Shown one piece after another: positions 1 to 9,434 of a DNA stretch of 36,200 bases (position 1 is its first letter; each line of letters starts with the position of its first letter). The notes under the pieces were generated by a model. That model was given only the letters and a program-made list of their open reading frames with translations, did no database searches and had not been told where the DNA came from. The position numbers were made by a program, and so were the translations under genes. Source of the stretch: Candidatus Woesebacteria bacterium (GTDB lineage: Bacteria; Patescibacteriota; Microgenomatia; UBA1400; UBA12108); assembly GCA_031972135.1 (NCBI GenBank), contig DALYFH010000004.1, forward strand, positions 228-36,427, given 5' to 3'.

Positions 1-2
1 TC

Positions 3-1256
3 ATGAAACGCTCACTACCTACTCCGAAGGGACTGGGGTCGACCGCCGCCTTATCTTGGCTCCAAAAAACTAAGCGAGTCGCGCTCTTTCTCATCCTTTT
101 TCTCAGTCCTACCCAGCTAGGATTACATTTCTGGCCGGACTCAGCGCTGATTTATGGCGTCCGCGTCGACTACCTCTCCCCCACTCTATATTTTCTCGAT
201 ATATTAATAATCTTGTATTTATTGCTAAATAGAATTACGAGTCAGCAACCGCGGGGAGTTATAAAGATTCACGGAATATGGTACTTAGCCATGATTCTCC
301 TAGTTAACCTGGTTTTTAGCGTTAACCCAGTCTCCACTCTCTCCTGGTCTCTACACCTCTTACTCTACATTTCATTTTTATCTTCATTCTCACTAGTTAT
401 TAACCATAAGCTATTATCCATTGGTTTGACACTAGCCTCCCTTTTCCAGCTCGTACTTTCAATCGCTCAAGTATGGCTCGGCCACAGTATCCAGGGTCCT
501 CTCTACTACCTAGGCGAGCGAATGGTGTCTGTGGGTCAGCCAGGAGTCGCTCTAGCTACGTTTATGAACGAAGTAGTACTCAGAGCCTATGGTACATTTG
601 GTCACCCCAACGTCCTAGCTGGGTGGCTAGTGATCACGAGTCTTATCACACTCAAGCTTTCCAAAAACACATTACTAAAAAATGGATTGCTCATAATCAC
701 TATTTTTGGCGTCATGCTGACCCAGAGTCGATCTGCTCTACTCGCTCTCTTTGGGATAATTATTCCGTTTTATGTGATTACTAAGCTGCGGCAGAGGCTA
801 ATCTATTTTGTCGCTATTTTAGCGACACTTTGTGGGATGCTGTTTACAAACTCCTCTACTCTCTCCCGCTCGCTCGACCTCTCATATTCTGAACGGCTCT
901 CACTCCAATTTATTTCAATCAAAACAATCGTTAATTATCCCGTTTTTGGGACAGGTGCACAGGCCAGCATCACCGCACAATCCAACCAAGAAGAATCTAG
1001 ATTGTTGCGTCATGCCGCTCTCCAGCCAGACCATAATAGCGCCACTCTATTTCTCTCCTGGTTTGGCATAATCGGGACTACTGTGATTATTGTTGCGCTT
1101 TATAAACTTTATAACTTTAAACTTTTAACTTTTGTTCCGCTTCTCCCTCTCCTTCTCCTAGACCACTATCTCTTCACGTCTCCTCAAGGCTTACTCATCC
1201 TGCTTGTATATTTAAAAGTTGTAAACTACTCTCATGCTCAAAAGTATCGCGAGTAA
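3..1256 (+). CDS. O-antigen ligase / Wzy_C-family polytopic membrane protein
   Basis: 417-aa ORF with many hydrophobic helices. Family-typical strings GTFGHPNVLAGWL and QPDHNSATLFLSWFGIIG (HN..L...G loop motif of O-antigen ligases/polymerases). A flippase gene follows. The start at nt 3 is at the window edge, so the true start is uncertain. Confidence 0.65.
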   Translation: MKRSLPTPKGLGSTAALSWLQKTKRVALFLILFLSPTQLGLHFWPDSALIYGVRVDYLSPTLYFLDILIILYLLLNRITSQQPRGVIKIHGIWYLAMILLVNLVFSVNPVSTLSWSLHLLLYISFLSSFSLVINHKLLSIGLTLASLFQLVLSIAQVWLGHSIQGPLYYLGERMVSVGQPGVALATFMNEVVLRAYGTFGHPNVLAGWLVITSLITLKLSKNTLLKNGLLIITIFGVMLTQSRSALLALFGIIIPFYVITKLRQRLIYFVAILATLCGMLFTNSSTLSRSLDLSYSERLSLQFISIKTIVNYPVFGTGAQASITAQSNQEESRLLRHAALQPDHNSATLFLSWFGIIGTTVIIVALYKLYNFKLLTFVPLLPLLLLDHYLFTSPQGLLILLVYLKVVNYSHAQKYRE

Positions 1257-2448
1257 CACCCTAGCCCAGCTAACCGCCAAATTTTTTGGTGCAGGGTTGA
1301 CTTTACTTACCACTTTTTTCACTATCCGACTCGCCGGTCTCGATTTATACGGTGACCTCAGCAAAATCCTGGTCCTAGTCGCTCTTGGTTTTACCGGAAT
1401 TGATTTTGGGTTAAACGCAGACTCTGTACGCAGGGCTACCACTCCTGCCTCTATGTTGCAGTTAACTAGACGGGTAATGATAGCGCGGCTAGCGCTCGCT
1501 CTACTTGCCATCATCTTGCTTAACACTCTGGTACTTCTCCTCCCTGGAGGTTATAGTCAGGAGATCAAGTCTCTCTTTTGGGTTGCGAGCTTAGGCATAA
1601 TATTTCAGAGTATCTATGCCTCAGGAAACGCCTATTTTCAACACAGTCTTAGTTATTGGCGCTCCACCCTCTCTGTTATTCTAGGAACTACAACATCCAC
1701 CATTTTAACTTTATATTATCTCTGGTTCTCCCCCACTCTCTTTAATTTAATAATTGCGACAACTCTCGGATACCTAGTCATGGCAGTAACGACCCTGCTT
1801 CTACTCCCAAAAAGCTTATTAACAGAACAGGAACCCCATGAATTTAAAGAAATAGTCCCCACTATCTTGCGTTCCTCTACTCTCGGCGCCATCCTAATCT
1901 TTAGTATCTTAAGCAGCAAAATCGACACAGTTCTCTTAGGGGTCTTCCGCACAAGCAGTGAGGTTGGGCAGTACTCTTTTGCCTATCGGATCTTTGATGT
2001 AATCCTAGTTTTGCCTGTGTTTGTTATGAATTCGCTCTATCCACTCATGCTCAAAAACAAAAAGAATCTTCTCACTCCTACTCTCCAGGCACTCGGGGTA
2101 CTCGGAATTTTAGCAGCCGTAGCCACTTATCTCCTCGCGCCCGCAATTATCTTGATCAAGGGCGAATTGGGACTCTCAATCACCACTCTCCGCATTCTCG
2201 CTCTCTCACTCCCTCTCTTCTACCTCACCGCGCCCCTTATGTGGGATCTCGTAGCTAGAGCTAGAGACGGCTTAGTCCTAAAAATATATATCCTAGCCGC
2301 ACTACTCAACTTATCTTGTAACCTCTGGGCTATCCCCCGTTATGGCGCAGTCTCCGCTGCCATTATTACAGGCATAACCGAGCTTCTCATTTTTCTCTCT
2401 CTCCTGTATTATTCACTCAGTTTAAAAAGAGATTCAAAAACAGATTAA
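1234..2448 (+). CDS. Polysaccharide/oligosaccharide flippase (MOP/Wzx-like)
   Basis: 404-aa polytopic ORF. The N-terminus MLKSIASNTLAQLTAKFFGAGLTLLTTFFTIRLAG is typical of Wzx/polysaccharide biosynthesis protein families. It overlaps the ligase gene by 23 nt. TAAACT at 1222-1227 lies 6 nt upstream of the ATG. Confidence 0.65.
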   Translation: MLKSIASNTLAQLTAKFFGAGLTLLTTFFTIRLAGLDLYGDLSKILVLVALGFTGIDFGLNADSVRRATTPASMLQLTRRVMIARLALALLAIILLNTLVLLLPGGYSQEIKSLFWVASLGIIFQSIYASGNAYFQHSLSYWRSTLSVILGTTTSTILTLYYLWFSPTLFNLIIATTLGYLVMAVTTLLLLPKSLLTEQEPHEFKEIVPTILRSSTLGAILIFSILSSKIDTVLLGVFRTSSEVGQYSFAYRIFDVILVLPVFVMNSLYPLMLKNKKNLLTPTLQALGVLGILAAVATYLLAPAIILIKGELGLSITTLRILALSLPLFYLTAPLMWDLVARARDGLVLKIYILAALLNLSCNLWAIPRYGAVSAAIITGITELLIFLSLLYYSLSLKRDSKTD

Positions 2449-2458
2449 TTGGTACTTT

Positions 2459-2911
2459 ATGACTAAACTCCTCCTCCAATGTGACGGTGGTTCCAGGGGT
2501 AATCCTGGCCCTGCCGCGTATGGCTACGTGGTCTACGACGTTAGTGAGGACCTGTCCACCAAAGCCGAGGCAAAGGTGGATGCGGCAATCATACTGGAAA
2601 AACGCGGTAATTATCTCGGGATTACGACCAATAATCAGGCAGAATATCAAGGACTAATTGCAGGCTTAACCTGGATAGCTAACAATCACCCAACGGCCGA
2701 GGTAACAATCAAAATGGACTCGCTCCTTATAGTTAACCAGGTCAAAGGACTCTACAAAGTCAAAAGTCCCGACTTAATCCCCAGATTTCAAGAGGTGAGG
2801 GGACTACTAAATAAGTTTGCCTCCTGGAGTATCGCTCACACCTATCGCGAGGGGAATACTCTCTCCGACGCTCTAGTAAACGAAGCATTAGACGCACATC
2901 AAACGCTTTAA
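2459..2911 (+). CDS. rnhA: Ribonuclease H (type 1, RNase HI-like)
   Basis: 150 aa with the RNase H catalytic-core pattern: CDGGSRGNPGPAAYG (Asp), NNQAEYQGLIAGL (Glu), MDSLLIVNQV (Asp), REGNTLSDALVNEAL (C-terminal Asp). Confidence 0.8.
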   Translation: MTKLLLQCDGGSRGNPGPAAYGYVVYDVSEDLSTKAEAKVDAAIILEKRGNYLGITTNNQAEYQGLIAGLTWIANNHPTAEVTIKMDSLLIVNQVKGLYKVKSPDLIPRFQEVRGLLNKFASWSIAHTYREGNTLSDALVNEALDAHQTL

Positions 2912-3216
2912 CTCCTCTCTAAGTTAGCCTTTTTACTCTCTAACCTGCATTTCCTGTGCCCATAAACTAAACAGCTATAGGTTAATAAAAACTCAAAGTA
3001 CCTGTAAGTAGGCAAAGAATAAATGCAGGCCTAACAGAACGTGCAAAAAACGTAAGTACAAAAAGATAATATAGCTAGCCAAGACAGGATACCAAACCAA
3101 TGGAACAAAAAAAAGTGATAACAAAAGATAGTAATTAACGAGGATGTAATATAGGGCAAAAATAGTTAATAAAAGCGCTAATTGCTGATTTGGTGAAATG
3201 CCGATAAACTGAACGT

Positions 3217-5982
3217 ATGCCTGCTGTAAGATACGCGGTCGAAGCCGTGCGTGGTAATGTTGCGATTCTCTCGAACGCTCGCGATGTCTCAAGAGTAATT
3301 GGCGAGTATGCCGAGCGCGGAAACCTCGAAACTCACCTCTATTCCCTAGAGCAAATACTTGGTTTCACAGATCAAAATTTTCCGCTTCATGATGCTTGGC
3401 TAATATTTTTAAGTCCCGAGCTAGCCACGTTTTTTGTCGGCGAGGGGAGGGGAGTCTGGAGCAAGCTAACCACCTATCCACACCCACACCTCTATCTAGT
3501 CGAGCGAGCCTGGCAAAAAATCCCACTAGATGTCTCTAGTCGCGCCACCAGACTAGTAATAGGGGAGTATCTGGGACTAGATTCAGAGGGGTCAGACACA
3601 CTCAAAAAACTAGCAAATGAGATTAGTAATAATAAAAAAGTCAGCCTAGGGGAGGGTGGTTTGTCGTCCCTCCATTTGATGAGCGAAGAATATCTCCTAA
3701 ACGCACTCTCTCTGGTCCTCACTAGCCAAACCGAAGCTCCTCAGATAAACATTGGTAATTCGACTGGGGTTTCCCTGACTACTCTTTTACAGTTGTTCGG
3801 CGAGTCTAGTGGAACATCTATCCAGGTCGACTACTCAGATGCAGGGATAGTCTCCCCAGTCTCACCTAGCTTTTATCGCTCTACTCATCAGCTTCTAAGC
3901 GATCTACCCAAAGAGAGTACTCTTGACCTGGCGCTTGATTATTTAAAGGAACACAAACCCAAGAACGATCCAACTCCAAAAACTGAGCTTGTTCCAGCGC
4001 CAGTGCCAGAACCAGAGTTAGAGTTAGTAAAAGAGCCTTTGGTCACGATCCCAAAAACTCGCCTACCCAAATTGGTTCGGGCAACTGAGCCGGAGCCAGA
4101 CAAGCCAAAGTCATACAACCTAACAGGTCTTGAGTTTGTTCCCAAAACAAAGCCTCGAGCTAGAAAAAAATTAACAATGCCCGCTTTCCTTAAAAAGCGA
4201 GGGCTCAGGGTGGTCGGAAAAGGTCTACTATTTGGATTAATATTTTATCTTGGCTCTCTTGCCTTAGCTCTTGGGATCACTTGGGTCACGATCTCTAATT
4301 ATAAAAACCAATTTTACGCTGGGTCGCTAGATAATCTCAAACCCAATCCAGTAGCCAAGGCTTCGGCCAAGTATCTCTACACCAACACCGTGGCATTTGG
4401 GATGAGTGACGCCTCTCTCCTCTTGGATGCCTATCAGCAAGCGCTAAAGCTAGGGGAGACTACCGCCAACCTCTCGCTCGGCGCTCGCGATATTTCGAGC
4501 TACATTTTGACCGACACAGATCTCAATCTAGCTAGCACACTAACCAACGCGAGATTAGACATCGAGACTCTCTATCAGGAACTCTCTCTGCTTGATGGTA
4601 CGCTCCCGCCAAAAACTCCAGGTTTAATCTCTAATATGGATAACGACTATCAGAGTCTAAAAACCATGTTGCCGAGTCTCAAAAAAAACACGCTCTTAAG
4701 CAAGGGAGTAGTCAGCATCCTGCCAGACCTAATAAGTCTCAGTGATCGAACCAAATACCTAGTGTTATTTCAAAATAATATGGAGCTGCGAGGGACCGGT
4801 GGTTTTATCGGCAGCTATGGCATCATTTCTTTTGAAAAAGGTAAGCTCTACGATTTTCAGGTTTATGACGTCTATACCGCCGATGGAGCACTCAAGGGGC
4901 ACGTCGAACCCCCAGCTCCTATCAAAAATATTCTCGGCGAAGCCAAGTGGTACTTAAGAGACAGTAACTTTGACCCCGACTTCCCAACTAGCGCGCGCCG
5001 TGCCGAATGGTTCCTCAAAAAATCGATGAATCAAGATGTCTCAGGCACAATCGCAGTTAATTTAGAAACCTTAAAACTCCTCTTATCCGCACTCGGCCCA
5101 CTAGAGCTACCCGACTATAATGAGACCATAAATGCCGGCAACCTCGCCGAGCGAGCCCAGTACCACGCCGAAGTCAATTTTTTCCCGGGAAGCACTGCCA
5201 AAAAAGAATTTTTGAGCAGTGTGGCCGATGCCCTGTTTGAGAAACTAAAAACGGCGGACGCCAAATCACTCTTGAGTGTCAGCGCCGCTCTCATGAGCTC
5301 ACTCGAGAGTAGTGATACCCAGGTGAGCGTCATCAGTCCCAACTCGGAGCGGATCCTCCAGACGCTCGGGTGGAACGGTGGTATCGAGAATAAGCCCTGT
5401 CCCACGAGCCCATGCTACGACGACTATCTCTACAGTGTCGATAGCAATTTTGGTGTCAACAAAGCCAATTTTTACATCACCAAAGATATGAATTTGGATA
5501 TTAACGTCAGCAAAGATGGCGAGCCCACCCATACTCTAAACACTACCTGGAAAAATGCCGCAACTAGTAACGCCTGGCCAGCCGGCTCCTACAAAAACTA
5601 TGCGAGACTATACCTCCCGCCATCCTCAAGCCTAGTCGAGATCAAAATTGGCGAAAACACACTCCCTTCTTCTGACTACACCGTTTCCGAGGAGCACGGT
5701 CGACTAGTCGTTTCTTATCTCGTGACAGTGCCAATCAATAGTCTAACCACTAGTAAGGTCGTCTACACTAATGAGACCAAATTAAAATCTGGTTCCTTCT
5801 ATAGTCTCTATTTCCAGAGGCAATCAGGCACTAGGTCTCAGGATAAAATCACAGTTAACTACAACTTGCCACTCTATCTCAAGCCCTCCAAACTCTCACC
5901 CGAGCCCAAAGTGCTAGATTCACAAAAACTAAGTTTTGATTTCCTCAATGACACAGATCACCGCCTCTCGATTCAATTTTAG
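3217..5982 (+). CDS. DUF4012-domain envelope protein with N-terminal cytoplasmic domain, Pro-rich linker and single TM anchor
   Basis: 921 aa. TM helix GLLFGLIFYLGSLALALGITWVTI at about residue 340. The downstream LVLFQNNMELRGTGGFIGSYGIISF is the hallmark DUF4012 motif. PAPVPEPELELV forms a linker. TAAACT at 3205-3210 lies 6 nt upstream of ATG 3217. Confidence 0.75.
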   Translation: MPAVRYAVEAVRGNVAILSNARDVSRVIGEYAERGNLETHLYSLEQILGFTDQNFPLHDAWLIFLSPELATFFVGEGRGVWSKLTTYPHPHLYLVERAWQKIPLDVSSRATRLVIGEYLGLDSEGSDTLKKLANEISNNKKVSLGEGGLSSLHLMSEEYLLNALSLVLTSQTEAPQINIGNSTGVSLTTLLQLFGESSGTSIQVDYSDAGIVSPVSPSFYRSTHQLLSDLPKESTLDLALDYLKEHKPKNDPTPKTELVPAPVPEPELELVKEPLVTIPKTRLPKLVRATEPEPDKPKSYNLTGLEFVPKTKPRARKKLTMPAFLKKRGLRVVGKGLLFGLIFYLGSLALALGITWVTISNYKNQFYAGSLDNLKPNPVAKASAKYLYTNTVAFGMSDASLLLDAYQQALKLGETTANLSLGARDISSYILTDTDLNLASTLTNARLDIETLYQELSLLDGTLPPKTPGLISNMDNDYQSLKTMLPSLKKNTLLSKGVVSILPDLISLSDRTKYLVLFQNNMELRGTGGFIGSYGIISFEKGKLYDFQVYDVYTADGALKGHVEPPAPIKNILGEAKWYLRDSNFDPDFPTSARRAEWFLKKSMNQDVSGTIAVNLETLKLLLSALGPLELPDYNETINAGNLAERAQYHAEVNFFPGSTAKKEFLSSVADALFEKLKTADAKSLLSVSAALMSSLESSDTQVSVISPNSERILQTLGWNGGIENKPCPTSPCYDDYLYSVDSNFGVNKANFYITKDMNLDINVSKDGEPTHTLNTTWKNAATSNAWPAGSYKNYARLYLPPSSSLVEIKIGENTLPSSDYTVSEEHGRLVVSYLVTVPINSLTTSKVVYTNETKLKSGSFYSLYFQRQSGTRSQDKITVNYNLPLYLKPSKLSPEPKVLDSQKLSFDFLNDTDHRLSIQF

Positions 5983-5990
5983 TCCTAATC

Positions 5991-5999
5991 TGCTATAAT
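5991..5999 (+). promoter_or_regulatory. Extended -10 promoter element (TGcTATAAT) upstream of rplY
   Basis: TG at 5991-5992 and a perfect TATAAT at 5994-5999, about 45 nt upstream of ATG 6045. That ATG has an AAGGA Shine-Dalgarno at 6035-6039. Confidence 0.45.
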
Positions 6000-6044
6000 C
6001 TGCACATACATAATTACTGATAACTCATTACTAAAAGGAACACT

Positions 6045-6698
6045 ATGTCCAACTTTACAGTCAAAGCAACTACTCGCACTGCCTTGGGACGCAAAGTCCG
6101 CGCCCTACGAAAGACTGGTGTTGTTCCAGCCAACATCTTTGGCAAAAAGATGAAATCCCACTCGATCCAGATCGAAATCAAGGCTCTTAAAGATATTCTC
6201 AAAAAAGCCGGCGAAACTAGTCTCATTGACCTTGTTGTCGACTCAGGCAAAGCCCACCCAGTACTAGTTGCTGGCTACGCCCAAGATCCAGTTAGTAGCG
6301 AGCTCCTCCACGTTGACTTTCACGAAGTAGATCTAAACGTGAAAACCACTGCAATGGTCCCTCTCAAACCTATTGGTGAGTCAGAGGCAGTCAAAGCAGG
6401 AAACGTCTTAGCACTCCAAAGAAACGAAATCGAAGTCGAAGCTCTCCCAGCCGATCTCCCAAGCGAAATCGAGGTCGACATCACTGTCTTAACCGAGGTA
6501 GGTGCTACCATTCACGCCAAAGATCTCAAGCTCGATCGCTCCAAAGTAACCTTGATGGTCGAAGATGAAGAGGTAATCGCAACCGTCCAAGAGCCAGCCA
6601 AAGAAGAAGAGGTAGTAGCTGCAGCTCCAGTCGAAGGTGAGGCTCCAGCCGAAGCCAAGACTGAGGGTGAAGCAAAGCCCGAAGATAAAAAAGAATAA
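6045..6698 (+). CDS. rplY: 50S ribosomal protein L25 / general stress protein Ctc form
   Basis: 217 aa. The N-terminal RTALGRKVRALRKTGVVPANIFGK is the L25 signature region. Two-domain Ctc length with an acidic Glu/Ala/Lys-rich C-terminal tail. Shine-Dalgarno present. Confidence 0.9.
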   Translation: MSNFTVKATTRTALGRKVRALRKTGVVPANIFGKKMKSHSIQIEIKALKDILKKAGETSLIDLVVDSGKAHPVLVAGYAQDPVSSELLHVDFHEVDLNVKTTAMVPLKPIGESEAVKAGNVLALQRNEIEVEALPADLPSEIEVDITVLTEVGATIHAKDLKLDRSKVTLMVEDEEVIATVQEPAKEEEVVAAAPVEGEAPAEAKTEGEAKPEDKKE

Positions 6699-6699
6699 C

Positions 6700-7155
6700 T
6701 TACTGTCCAAAATAGGCGTTGTTGGGATCTAGTTCTCTTACCATCTCTAGGTAGGATTGAGCCTGCTCACTCTCACCAATTTGGCTGTATAGCTGTGAAA
6801 GTACTAGGTATATATCGCGATGGCCAGGGTATTTTGCAAGTAACTCTTGATATTTAGTAATCTCTCGCTCTACCACTCGCTCAGGATAGATCATATCTTC
6901 GGCCAGGCGCTCTTCAGGTATTTGTTTCTCCCACAAACTTTGTGCCACATCATAATCACCCACGCTCGCAGCTACAACAGCAGCCTCTACACGCCCTTCA
7001 GCTCCCGCTAGACTGCGCTTAGATGTGATTAGTGATGTACTAATCACCAAGAACACTAACCCGACCCAGAGCCACGGGAGAGTGGGGGAGGATCTCACTA
7101 TTACTTTCCAAGTGTAATTCTCTAAACTAATCCAAAAACCGACCGCTCGTTTCAT
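6700..7155 (-). CDS. Membrane-anchored TPR-repeat protein
   Basis: 151 aa. N-terminal TM (LPWLWVGLVFLVISTSLI). The C-terminal LAKYPGHRDIYLVLSQLYSQIGESEQAQSYLEMVRELDPNN is a TPR-like helix pair. TGaTATACT lies 6 nt upstream of the ATG on the minus strand. Confidence 0.55.
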   Translation of the reverse strand: MKRAVGFWISLENYTWKVIVRSSPTLPWLWVGLVFLVISTSLITSKRSLAGAEGRVEAAVVAASVGDYDVAQSLWEKQIPEERLAEDMIYPERVVEREITKYQELLAKYPGHRDIYLVLSQLYSQIGESEQAQSYLEMVRELDPNNAYFGQ

Positions 7156-7161
7156 TAATCG

Positions 7162-7180
7162 AGTATATCAGGGATATAAT
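7162..7180. promoter_or_regulatory. Back-to-back -10 boxes in a 31-bp divergent intergenic region
   Basis: Minus strand: TATACT (7162-7167), preceded by TGa, 6 nt from ATG 7155. Plus strand: TATAAT (7175-7180), 6 nt from ATG 7187. There is no room for a 5' UTR or Shine-Dalgarno on either side. Confidence 0.4.
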
Positions 7181-7186
7181 CAACTA

Positions 7187-8371
7187 ATGTTTAACAAACT
7201 CTTCCCTAGTTTTGGTGTCAAAAATGTTCAACTATATTACCTCTTGGGAATCTTTCTAAACGGGTGGTTCATTTTACCCAACTGGGTCTTCTACTTTCGC
7301 CAACACATTACGACAACTCAAATCGGTCTAGTAGAAGGCGTAGCGGTCTTGGTTGGAATCCTTGTGGAGGTTCCAACAGGAGTCATTGCGGACACGTTAG
7401 GTAAAAAACGCTCTCTGATTGTGGGTAGTTTATTTCAAATCTTGTCTTGTCTTGTTCTGATAAACTCAACAACATTTCTACACTTTTTGATCGGCAATAT
7501 CTTGATGTTTATTGGATTTTCCTTCCATTCTGGTGCCTCCGAAGCCTTCGGCTACGATTCTCTTAAAGAGAAGGGGAGGGAGGCTCACTATGATCACGTA
7601 GTCGGGCGCTATAATTCGCTCTCTATTGCTGCAACTCTAATCTCGACTTTTATTGGCGGCTTTCTTTTTAGTCTCAATCCAACCTTTCCCTTTTATGCCT
7701 GGGTAATTTTCCTGTCTATGTCGCTTGTTGTACTCTCAAAAACTACCGAGCCCAAATTTGATAGTAAAAAGTTTGTTATCAAAGAATACTTAATACATTT
7801 AAAAGAGGGTGTTCTGACTCTCTTCGGTAGCCAATTACACAACTATATAATCCCCCTACTGTCTCTCCCAATAATTATTAAACTTTATCAGGGGTTAGTA
7901 CGCCAATCTATGGCTGGGTATTTTGGTTTTAGTGGTGAGACTTTTGGTTATCTTTTTGCTCTCGTATCTGTTCCAGCGATTCTCTTTTCATTTCGTTATG
8001 ACCAAATCCGCAAATATCTAGGTAATAAACATTTTCTCATCCTAGTGCTTGCAGGTTATAGTTTTATTTTTGGCATTGCCAAGACCGGATCTGGACTACT
8101 AGTTGGAGGCACAATATATTTATTCATAAATATTTTCGAAAACTTATCTCGTCCACTAGTTTCATCGATTATCAACGAGCGAATAGATTCTAAGCACCGA
8201 GCCACTACACTCTCAACCCTTGCCTTAATAACTCAAATTCCATACATATTTCTTGTAGTCTTCTTTGCTAATTTGACTGAGGAAAAGAATATTACAATTC
8301 TTTTCTCGATTTATTCGATAATAATGTTCGCTACTCTAATATATAGTTATCTATTCATAAAAAAAGAGTGA
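7187..8371 (+). CDS. MFS transporter
   Basis: 394 aa, about 12 TM. MFS motif A-like loop GVIADTLGKKRSL after TM2. Paralogous to ORF 16951-18141. Confidence 0.7.
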   Translation: MFNKLFPSFGVKNVQLYYLLGIFLNGWFILPNWVFYFRQHITTTQIGLVEGVAVLVGILVEVPTGVIADTLGKKRSLIVGSLFQILSCLVLINSTTFLHFLIGNILMFIGFSFHSGASEAFGYDSLKEKGREAHYDHVVGRYNSLSIAATLISTFIGGFLFSLNPTFPFYAWVIFLSMSLVVLSKTTEPKFDSKKFVIKEYLIHLKEGVLTLFGSQLHNYIIPLLSLPIIIKLYQGLVRQSMAGYFGFSGETFGYLFALVSVPAILFSFRYDQIRKYLGNKHFLILVLAGYSFIFGIAKTGSGLLVGGTIYLFINIFENLSRPLVSSIINERIDSKHRATTLSTLALITQIPYIFLVVFFANLTEEKNITILFSIYSIIMFATLIYSYLFIKKE

Positions 8372-8383
8372 TAATATAACCAC

Positions 8384-9259
8384 ATGGGAAAAATGTATTC
8401 AGGCTTAGCATCACTCTTGCTCGCTGGACTTCTTTTCGGATCTTTTGGTGTTTGGGTAAGACTGCTTTCCACAGACCTAAGTTCTTATCAGCAAATTGCT
8501 TTTCGCAATATTGTAGCTTTGGTGGTAGCCCTATCGATAGTCTTTTTCAAAAAAATCAAGCTATCATTCTCTGGAGTTCCCAAACAACATTTATTCCTTT
8601 TTGGACTTTCGTTTCCAACTGCAGTTGTTTTCTTTACGACTTCTGTCTTAAAAACATCAATAATGCTTAGTATTTTTTCCTTCTACTTTGGGTCTATTCT
8701 TGTCTCACTAATCTTAGGAATCTTGATATTTAAAGAAAAAATTACCACAATCAAACTACTGAGTCTTCTTACTGTTTTGTTTGGTTTTTATCTCCTCCTC
8801 CAACCAGAAGGAATAGTAAAGATAGATCAGGGCATGTTGTATGGCGTGCTCGCTGGCACCTTTGACACAATTTCCAATGTCTTTCGCAAACACTTAAGCG
8901 GCAAACTAGATAGGGTAGTATTGACCCTAGTTCCTCAGGTGGGCGGCCTTCTTGTTGCCACAGCTCTCATGGCATATTCGGGTAGTCTTGAAATGCCAGA
9001 GATCAGCTCGCTCAACTGGGTAGTTGGATTGGTCTTTGGGTCAATGATTTTTGCAATCAATTATTTAACTCTATATGGGTTTCAACACTTTGATCTGAAC
9101 CTAGGGACAATTGCGATTTCATCCGAAGTGGTTTTTGCTTCATTGTTTGGCTACCTAATTTTTGCCGAGACTCCAAGAATCTACGATGTCTATGGTGCTG
9201 CATTTATTGTATTGGCTATCGTCATTGGTAACTGGCCAGCTAGTGGGGCGCGCAAATAA
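8384..9259 (+). CDS. EamA/DMT-family transporter
   Basis: 291 aa, about 10 TM with a two-halves architecture typical of drug/metabolite transporters. TGaTAATAT lies 6 nt upstream of the ATG. Confidence 0.6.
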   Translation: MGKMYSGLASLLLAGLLFGSFGVWVRLLSTDLSSYQQIAFRNIVALVVALSIVFFKKIKLSFSGVPKQHLFLFGLSFPTAVVFFTTSVLKTSIMLSIFSFYFGSILVSLILGILIFKEKITTIKLLSLLTVLFGFYLLLQPEGIVKIDQGMLYGVLAGTFDTISNVFRKHLSGKLDRVVLTLVPQVGGLLVATALMAYSGSLEMPEISSLNWVVGLVFGSMIFAINYLTLYGFQHFDLNLGTIAISSEVVFASLFGYLIFAETPRIYDVYGAAFIVLAIVIGNWPASGARK

Positions 9260-9434
9260 TGTCCTGGATAACTCTAGCCTTGCTAGGTGCGATCTTACTG
9301 ATTTAGTTCCTGCCATTCTCCATAATATCGTAAAAATCTCTTACTCGCCCCCAGAGATATTATTGTCTGTATCAGGCTGCGCACACCTATTAGCCTGTAG
9401 GACCAGAAGATAGGTATCGTGCTAAGCTAAATCT

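Noticed and set aside
2993-3292. 99-aa minus-strand ORF encoding a very hydrophobic peptide in the A-rich 305-nt gap between RNase H and the DUF4012 gene
   Set aside because: It begins at a TTG inside the DUF4012 coding region and has no internal ATG or GTG, no Shine-Dalgarno and no -10 signal. The hydrophobicity is explained by the T-richness of the antisense strand of an A-rich promoter region. ATG 3217 of the opposing gene is supported by TAAACT-N6-ATG. I saw no recognisable ncRNA structure in the gap either.
9162-9413. 83-aa plus-strand ORF overlapping the end of the EamA gene and the 175-nt spacer before the PhzF-like gene
   Set aside because: It is out of frame and overlaps a supported gene, with no signals or recognisable domain. 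The small hairpins in the spacer (e.g. CTAGC-ctt-GCTAG at 9276-9288) are too short and lack U-tracts.
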